Assembly (NCBI RefSeq): GCF_006345805.1
Contig: NW_021823821.1
Span: forward strand, 1-20,312
Source: Octopus sinensis
Taxonomy: Eukaryota
DNA: 20,312 bases
Reading direction: 5' to 3'
Each line of letters opens with the position of its first letter. Position 1 is the stretch's first letter. Under the pieces are notes generated by a model that saw only the letters and a program-made list of their open reading frames with translations, searched no databases and had not been told where the DNA came from. Below are positions 20,008 through 20,312 of the stretch, piece after piece. A program made the translations under genes and the position numbers.

Positions 20008-20151
20008 CTTACCAACGTGACAACGATATTGGATGCTGCCTTATACTGCATATGTATGGTAGGTTTATTGTGTGGGCGAATGTGAATATGTGCGTATGTG
20101 TGTGTGCGTGTGTTTGTGTGAGTATGTGTGTTTGTGTTTGTGTGCATAAGT

Positions 20152-20312
20152 GAAGGCGCGTGGCTTAGTGGTTACGGCATTCGTAAGGTCGTGATTTCAA
20201 TTCCCGGTGACGCGATGTGTCCTCGAGCAAGACCTCTTATTTCATGTTCCTTTTGCCCCGCCACTCGCTGACAAAAATGAGTTTACTTGTAATTCAAAGA
20301 GCCAGCTTTGTC
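20152..20312 (+). mobile_element. SINE family 3, truncated by the window end
   Basis: gaaggcgcgtggcttagtggtta...tgtgtcctcgagcaagac...aaaaatgagt...ttcaaagagccagc matches 16794 onward. Confidence 0.85.

Overview
This is AT-rich, repeat-saturated eukaryotic non-coding DNA. The SINE families match ones I recall from Octopus, so a cephalopod origin is an inference. I find no intact protein-coding gene, rRNA, functional tRNA or CRISPR array, and nearly all listed ORFs are microsatellite or SINE artefacts. The window contains many copies of several tRNA-derived SINE families (three with clear target-site duplications), long microsatellites, and decayed autonomous-element fragments: an R4/Dong-like non-LTR retrotransposon (3-250), two probable Gmr1-like Gypsy gag(-protease) remnants (8362-9675, 11237-12362) and a DD37D maT transposase (17972-18578). 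The most interesting signal is two different repeat families that both carry minus-strand minimal type I hammerhead-ribozyme motifs with the same architecture: core C-U-G-A-N-G-A, an extra A, helix II, GAAAC, then GUU. One is a ~205-bp element sitting in (TA)n tracts (4 copies, two in tandem). The other is a tRNA-headed SINE-like element with a (TAA)n linker and a hammerhead-bearing tail (2 tandem copies). Every copy here has at least one lesion, so ribozyme activity is not shown. All alignments and folds were done by eye.
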